From: Eledone cirrhosa
Lineage: Eukaryota
Assembly (NCBI GenBank): GCA_964016885.1
Contig: OZ024759.1
Location: 23,994,001-24,058,000, forward strand
Direction of reading: 5' to 3'
Length of the DNA stretch: 64,000 nt
The notes beneath the pieces are model-generated. The model was given only the letters and a program-made list of their open reading frames with translations. It did not search any database and was not told the DNA's origin. Positions 56,101 to 64,000 of this stretch are shown here, piece by piece. Position 1 is the first letter of the stretch. The number at the start of each line of letters is the position of its first letter. Made by a program: the position numbers and the translations under genes.

Positions 56101-58479
56101 TCGTCTTTCCAAGTCATGTGCTTTCACACTTTGAGCCCAGTTTACTTCGATATATCTCTATATATCTCTATTTTCCTTTTAACGGAAAACACCATGCTGT
56201 CTGGCTATCTCTCTCCCAATCTACCTCATACTCTCTACCACTTTTTGAGTAATCCCTTGCTTGTCTTTCAAGCAAGTTGGTCTTTGCTCCTATGGACGTA
56301 TAAACCTTTACACTATCTCATAACCATTCCTATATTCGTCTTTCCAAAACATGTGCTTTAACACTTTGAGCCCAGTTTACTTCGATATATCCCTATATAT
56401 CTCTATTTTCCTTTTAACGGAAAACACCATGCTGTCTGGCCCACTCTCTCCCTTATCTACCTCATGCGATCTACCTCTTTTTGAGTAATCCCTTGCTTGT
56501 CTTTCAAGCAAGTTGGTCTTTGCTCCTATGGACGTATAAACCTTTACACTATCTCATAATCATTCCTATATTCGTCTTTCCAAGTCATGTGCTTTCACAC
56601 TTTGAGCCCAGTTTACTTCGATATATCTCTATATATCTCTATTTTCCTTTTAACGGAAAACACCATGCTGTCTGGCTATCTCTCTCCCAATCTACCTCAT
56701 ACTCTCTACCTCTTTTTGAGTAATCCCTTGCTTGGCTTTCAAGCAAGTTGGTCTTTACTCCTATGGACGTATAAACCTTTACACTATCTCATAACCATTC
56801 CTATATTCGTCTTTCCAAGTCATGTGCTTTCACACTTTGAGCCCAGTTTACTTCGATATATCTCTATATATCTCTATTTTCCTTTTAACGGAAAACACCA
56901 TGCTGTCTGGCTATCTCTCTCCCAATCTACCTCATACTCTCTACCACTTTTTGAGTAATCCCTTGCTTGTCTTTCAAGCAAGTTGGTCTTTGCTCCTATG
57001 GACGTATAAACCTTTACACTATCTCATAACCATTCCTATATTCGTCTTTCCAAAACATGTGCTTTAACACTTTGAGCCCAGTTTACTTCGATATATCCCT
57101 ATATATCTCTATTTTCCTTTTAACGGAAAACACCATGCTGTCTGGCTATCTCTCTCCCAATCTACCTCATACTCTCTACCACTTTTTGAGTAATCCCTTG
57201 CTTGTCTTTCAAGCAAGTTGGTCTTTGCTCCTATGGACGTATAAACCTTTACACTATCTCATAACCATTCCTATATTCGTCTTTCCAAAACATGTGCTTT
57301 AACACTTTGAGCCCAGTTTACTTCGATATATCCCTATATATCTCTATTTTCCTTTTAACGGAAAACACCATGCTGTCTGGCTCACTCCCTCCCTTATCTA
57401 CCTCATGCGATCTACCTCTTTTTGAGTAATCCCTTGCTTGTCTTTCAAGCAAGTTGGTCTTTACTCCTATGGACGTATAAACCTTTACACTATCTCATAA
57501 CCATTCCTATATTCGTCTTTCCAAGTCATGTGCTTTCACACTTTGAGCCCAGTTTACTTCGATATATCCCTATATATCTCTATTTTCCTTTTAACGGAAA
57601 ACACCATGCTGTCTGGCTATCTCTCTCCCAATCTACCTCATACTCTCTACCACTTTTTGAGTAATCCCTTGCTTGTCTTTCAAGCAAGTTGGTCTTTACT
57701 CCTATGGACGTATAAACCTTTACACTATCTCATAACCATTCCTATATTCGTCTTTCCAAAACATGTGCTTTAACACTTTGAGCCCAGTTTACTTCGATAT
57801 ATCCCTATATATCTCTATTTTCCTTTTAACGGAAAACACCATGCTGTCTGGCTCACTCTCTCCCTTATCTACCTCATGCGATCTACCTCTTTTTGAGTAA
57901 TCCCTTGCTTGTCTTTCAAGCAAGTTGGTCTTTACTCCTATGGACGTATAAACTTTTACACTATCTCATAACCATTCCTATATTCGTCTTTCCAAGTCAT
58001 GTGCTTTCACACTTTGAGCCCAGTTTACTTCGATATATCTCTATATATCTCTATCTTCCTTTTAACGGAAAACACCATGCTGTCTGGCTATCTCTCACCC
58101 AATCTACCTCATACTCTCTACCTCTTTTTGAGTACTCCCTTGCTTGTCTTTCAAGCAAGTTGGTCTTTACTCCTATGGACGTATAAACCTTTACACTATC
58201 TCATAACCATTCCTATATTCGTCTTTCCAAGTCATGTGCTTTCACACTTTGAGCCCAGTTTACTTCGATATATCCCTATATATCTCTATTTTCCTTTTAA
58301 CGGAAAACACCATGCTGTCTGGCTATCTCTCTCCCAATCTACCTCATACTCTCTACCTCTTTTTGAGTAATCCCTTGCTTGTCTTTCAAGCAAGTTGGTC
58401 TTTACTCCTATGGACGTATAAACCTTTACACTATCTCATAACCATTCCTATATTCGTCTTTCCAAGTCATGTGCTTTCA

Positions 58480-61400
58480 CACTTTGAGCCCAGTTTACTT
58501 CGATATATCTCTATATATCTCTATTTTCCTTTTAACGGAAAACACCATGCTGTCTGGCTATCTCTCTCCCAATCTACCTCATACTCTCTACCACTTTTTG
58601 AGTAATCCCTTGCTTGTCTTTCAAGCAAGTTGGTCTTTGCTCCTATGGACGTATAAACCTTTACACTATCTCATAACCATTCCTATATTCGTCTTTCCAA
58701 AACATGTGCTTTAACACTTTGAGCCCAGTTTACTTCGATATATCCCTATATATCTCTATTTTCCTTTTAACGGAAAACACCATGCTGTCTGGCTATCTCT
58801 CTCCCAATCTACCTCATACTCTCTACCACTTTTTGAGTAATCCCTTGCTTGTCTTTCAAGCAAGTTGGTCTTTGCTCCTATGGACGTATAAACCTTTACA
58901 CTATCTCATAACCATTCCTATATTCGTCTTTCCAAAACATGTGCTTTAACACTTTGAGCCCAGTTTACTTCGATATATCCCTATATATCTCTATTTTCCT
59001 TTTAACGGAAAACACCATGCTGTCTGGCTATCTCTCTCCCAATCTACCTCATACTCTCTACCACTTTTTGAGTAATCCCTTGCTTGTCTTTCAAGCAAGT
59101 TGGTCTTTGCTCCTATGGACGTATAAACCTTTACACTATCTCATAACCATTCCTATATTCGTCTTTCCAAAACATGTGCTTTAACACTTTGAGCCCAGTT
59201 TACTTCGATATATCCCTATATATCTCTATTTTCCTTTTAACGGAAAACACCATGCTGTCTGGCTCACTCCCTCCCTTATCTACCTCATGCGATCTACCTC
59301 TTTTTGAGTAATCCCTTGCTTGTCTTTCAAGCAAGTTGGTCTTTACTCCTATGGACGTATAAACCTTTACACTATCTCATAACCATTCCTATATTCATCT
59401 TTCCAAGTCATGTGCTTTCACACTTTGAGCCCAGTTTACTTCGATATATCCCTATATATCTCTATTTTCCTTTTAACGGAAAACACCATGCTGTCTGGCT
59501 ATCTCTCTCCCAATCTACCTCATACTCTGTACCACTTTTTGAGTAATCCCTTGCTTGTCTTTCAAGCAAGTTGGTCTTTACTCCTATGGACGTATAAACC
59601 TTTACACTATCTCATAACCATTCCTATATTCGTCTTTCCAAAACATGTGCTTTAACACTTTGAGCCCAGTTTACTTCGATATATCCCTATATATCTCTAT
59701 TTTCCTTTTAACGGAAAACACCATGCTGTCTGGCTCACTCTCTCCCTTATCTACCTCATGCGATCTACCTCTTTTTGAGTAATCCCTTGCTTGTCTTTCA
59801 AGCAAGTTGGTCTTTGCTCCTATGGACGTATAAACCTTTACACTATCTCATAATCATTCCTATATTCGTCTTTCCAAGTCATGTGCTTTCACACTTTGAG
59901 CCCAGTTTACTTCGATATATCTCTATATATCTCTATTTTCCTTTTAACGGAAAACACCATGCTGTCTGGCTATCTCTCTCCCAATCTACCTCATACTCTC
60001 TACCTCTTTTTGAGTAATCCCTTGCTTGTCTTTCAAGCAAGTTGGTCTTTACTCCTATGGACGTATAAACCTTTACACTATCTCATAACCATTCCTATAT
60101 TCGTCTTTCCAAGTCATGTGCTTTCACACTTTGAGCCCAGTTTACTTCGATATATCTCTATATATCTCTATTTTCCTTTTAACGGAAAACACCATGCTGT
60201 CTGGCTATGTCTCTCCCAATCTACCTCATACTCTCTACCACTTTTTGAGTAATCCCTTGCTTGTCTTTCAAGCAAGTTGGTCTTTGCTCCTATGGACGTA
60301 TAAACCTTTACACTATCTCATAACCATTCCTATATTCGTCTTTCCAAAACATGTGCTTTAACACTTTGAGCCCAGTTTACTTCGATATATCCCTATATAT
60401 CTCTATTTTCCTTTTAACGGAAAACACCATGCTGTCTGGCTATCTCTCTCCCAATCTACCTCATACTCTCTACCACTTTTTGAGTAATCCCTTGCTTGTC
60501 TTTCAAGCAAGTTGGTCTTTGCTCCTATGGACGTATAAACCTTTACACTATCTCATAACCATTCCTATATTCGTCTTTCCAAAACATGTGCTTTAACACT
60601 TTGAGCCCAGTTTACTTCGATATATCCCTATATATCTCTATTTTCCTTTTAACGGAAAACACCATGCTGTCTGGCTCACTCTCTCCCTTATCTACCTCAT
60701 GCGATCTACCTCTTTTTGAGTAATCCCTTGCTTGTCTTTCAAGCAAGTTGGTCTTTACTCCTATGGACGTATAAACCTTTACACTATCTCATAACCATTC
60801 CTATATTCGTCTTTCCAAGTCATGTGCTTTCACACTTTGAGCCCAGTTTACTTCGATATATCCCTATATATCTCTATTTTCCTTTTAACGGAAAACACCA
60901 TGCTGTCTGGCTATCTCTCTCCCAATCTACCTCATACTCTCTACCACTTTTTGAGTAATCCCTTGCTTGTCTTTCAAGCAAGTTGGTCTTTACTCCTATG
61001 GACGTATATACCTTTACACTATCTCATAACCATTCCTATATTCGTCTTTCCAAGTCATGTGCTTTAACACTTTGAGCCCAGTTTACTTCGATATATCTCT
61101 ATATATCTCTATTTTCCTTTTAACGGAAAACACCATGCTGTCTGGCTATCTCTCTCCCAATCTACCTCATACTCTCTACCACTTTTTGAGTAATCCCTTG
61201 CTTGTCTTTCAAGCAAGTTGGTCTTTACTCCTATGGACGTATAAACCTTTACACTATCTCATAACCATTCCTATATTCGTCTTTCCAAAACATGTGCTTT
61301 AACACTTTGAGCCCAGTTTACTTCGATATATCCCTATACATCTCTATTTTCCTTTTAACGGAAAACACCATGCTGTCTGGCTCTCTCTCTCCCTTATCTA

Positions 61401-64000
61401 CCTCATGCGATCTACCTCTTTTTGAGTAATTCCTTGCTTGTCTTTCAAGCAAGTTGGTCATTACTCCTATGGACGTATAAACCTTTACGCTATCTCATAA
61501 TCACTCCTATATTGGTCTTTCCAAGTCATGTGCTTTAACACTTTGATCCCAGTTTACTTCCATATATCCCTATATATCTCTATTTTCCTTTTAACGGAAA
61601 ACACCTTGCTGTCTGGCTATCTCTCTCCCAATCTACCTCATACTCTCTACCTCTTTTTGAGTAATCCCTTGCTTGTCTTTCAAGCAAGTTGGTCTTTACT
61701 CCCATGGACGTATAAACCTTTACACTATCTCATAACCATTCCTATATTCGTCTTTCCAAAACATGTGCTTTAACACTTTGAGCCCAGTTTACTTCGATAT
61801 ATCTCTATATATCTCTATTTTCCTTTTAACGGAAAACACCATGCTGTCTGGCTATCTCTCTCCCAATCTACCTCATACTCTCTACCACTTTTTGAGTAAT
61901 CCCTTGCTTGTCTTTCAAGCAAGTTGGTCTTTGCTCCTATGGACGTATAAACCTTTACACTATCTCATAACCATTCCTATATTCGTCTTTCCAAAACATG
62001 TGCTTTAACACTTTGAGCCCAGTTTACTTCGATATATCCCTATATATCTCTATTTTCCTTTTAACGGAAAACACCATGCTGTCTGGCTATCTCTCTCCCA
62101 ATCTACCTCATACTCTCTACCACTTTTTGAGTAATCCCTTGCTTGTCTTTCAAGCAAGTTGGTCTTTGCTCCTATGGACGTATAAACCTTTACACTATCT
62201 CATAACCATTCCTATATTCGTCTTTCCAAAACATGTGCTTTAACACTTTGAGCCCAGTTTACTTCGATATATCCCTATATATCTCTATTTTCCTTTTAAC
62301 GGAAAACACCATGCTGTCTGGCTATCTCTCTCCCAATCTACCTCATACTCTCTACCACTTTTTGAGTAATCCCTTGCTTGTCTTTCAAGCAAGTTGGTCT
62401 TTGCTCCTATGGACGTATAAACCTTTACACTATCTCATAACCATTCCTATATTCGTCTTTCCAAAACATGTGCTTTAACACTTTGAGCCCAGTTTACTTC
62501 GATATATCCCTATATATCTCTATTTTCCTTTTAACGGAAAACACCATGCTGTCTGGCTCACTCCCTCCCTTATCTACCTCATGCGATCTACCTCTTTTTG
62601 AGTAATCCCTTGCTTGTCTTTCAAGCAAGTTGGTCTTTACTCCTATGGACGTATAAACCTTTACACTATCTCATAACCATTCCTATATTCATCTTTCCAA
62701 GTCATGTGCTTTCACACTTTGAGCCCAGTTTACTTCGATATATCCCTATATATCTCTATTTTCCTTTTAACGGAAAACACCATGCTGTCTGGCTATCTCT
62801 CTCCCAATCTACCTCATACTCTGTACCACTTTTTGAGTAATCCCTTGCTTGTCTTTCAAGCAAGTTGGTCTTTACTCCTATGGACGTATAAACCTTTACA
62901 CTATCTCATAACCATTCCTATATTCGTCTTTCCAAAACATGTGCTTTAACACTTTGAGCCCAGTTTACTTCGATATATCCCTATATATCTCTATTTTCCT
63001 TTTAACGGAAAACACCATGCTGTCTGGCTCACTCTCTCCCTTATCTACCTCATGCGATCTACCTCTTTTTGAGTAATCCCTTGCTTGTCTTTCAAGCAAG
63101 TTGGTCTTTGCTCCTATGGACGTATAAACCTTTACACTATCTCATAATCATTCCTATATTCGTCTTTCCAAGTCATGTGCTTTCACACTTTGAGCCCAGT
63201 TTACTTCGATATATCTCTATATATCTCTATTTTCCTTTTAACGGAAAACACCATGCTGTCTGGCTATCTCTCTCCCAATCTACCTCATACTCTCTACCTC
63301 TTTTTGAGTAATCCCTTGCTTGTCTTTCAAGCAAGTTGGTCTTTACTCCTATGGACGTATAAACCTTTACACTATCTCATAACCATTCCTATATTCGTCT
63401 TTCCAAGTCATGTGCTTTCACACTTTGAGCCCAGTTTACTTCGATATATCTCTATATATCTCTATTTTCCTTTTAACGGAAAACACCATGCTGTCTGGCT
63501 ATGTCTCTCCCAATCTACCTCATACTCTCTACCACTTTTTGAGTAATCCCTTGCTTGTCTTTCAAGCAAGTTGGTCTTTGCTCCTATGGACGTATAAACC
63601 TTTACACTATCTCATAACCATTCCTATATTCGTCTTTCCAAAACATGTGCTTTAACACTTTGAGCCCAGTTTACTTCGATATATCCCTATATATCTCTAT
63701 TTTCCTTTTAACGGAAAACACCATGCTGTCTGGCTATCTCTCTCCCAATCTACCTCATACTCTCTACCACTTTTTGAGTAATCCCTTGCTTGTCTTTCAA
63801 GCAAGTTGGTCTTTGCTCCTATGGACGTATAAACCTTTACACTATCTCATAACCATTCCTATATTCGTCTTTCCAAAACATGTGCTTTAACACTTTGAGC
63901 CCAGTTTACTTCGATATATCCCTATATATCTCTATTTTCCTTTTAACGGAAAACACCATGCTGTCTGGCTCACTCTCTCCCTTATCTACCTCATGCGATC
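58480..64000. repeat. Duplication of a 14-monomer block (offset 3294), second copy truncated by the window end
   Basis: Markers at +3294: cactcCctccc, attcAtctt and ctctGtacc (ORFs 59304/62598), ggctatGtct (60116/63410). Confidence 0.9.

Larger units (their letters stand above)
1..64000. repeat. Satellite DNA: tandem array of ~235-bp monomers (~272 copies), running off both ends of the window
   Basis: The same ~235-nt unit (catgtgctttcacactttgagcccag...ttcgtctttccaagt) recurs head-to-tail from base 1 to 64000. ORF-track starts are spaced 235/236 bp apart (357, 592, 827...). I saw no non-repeat sequence and no strand switch. Confidence 0.99.

Noticed and set aside
357-63890. Several hundred short + strand ORFs (MCFHTLSPVY..., MSNPLLVFQA...)
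   Set aside because: These are translations of the satellite. The 235-bp unit shifts frame each copy, stops and frameshifts come and go with neutral-looking SNPs, the Leu/Ser/Phe/Tyr/Pro bias reflects C/T richness, and there is no recognisable domain. Translation cannot be formally excluded without Ribo-seq or proteomics.
1-64000. CRISPR array (hairpin repeat; minus strand reads ...TTGAAAGAC)
   Set aside because: There are no unique spacers, since the whole 235 bp repeats, and no cas genes are present.

Overview
The whole 64 kb window is one uninterrupted head-to-tail tandem array of a ~235-bp monomer (about 272 copies, all in the same orientation, differing by only a few percent). I see no gene, RNA gene, mobile element, inversion or unique spacer. 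The short + strand ORFs in the track are artefacts of translating the repeat: 235 is not a multiple of 3, so the same peptide recurs in rotating frames. The array looks like eukaryotic (peri)centromeric or heterochromatic satellite DNA, but I do not recognise the family or organism. By hand count the consensus monomer (22471-22705) is A53 C65 G25 T92, about 38% GC and 67% pyrimidine on +. Its informative structure is: (i) two main monomer classes, a 235-bp A and a 236-bp B with two subtypes; (ii) a mosaic of local higher-order tandem duplications of 2, 5, 8, 10, 11, 12, 14, 19 and 21 monomers, dated by private SNPs; (iii) regional turnover of variants; (iv) a conserved 8-bp dyad in nearly every monomer; (v) reciprocal A/B recombinant monomers; and (vi) a pair of let-7 seed-match sites per monomer, which may be chance. 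I could not support a novel protein-coding system. Block boundaries are approximate, limited by the spacing of diagnostic SNPs.
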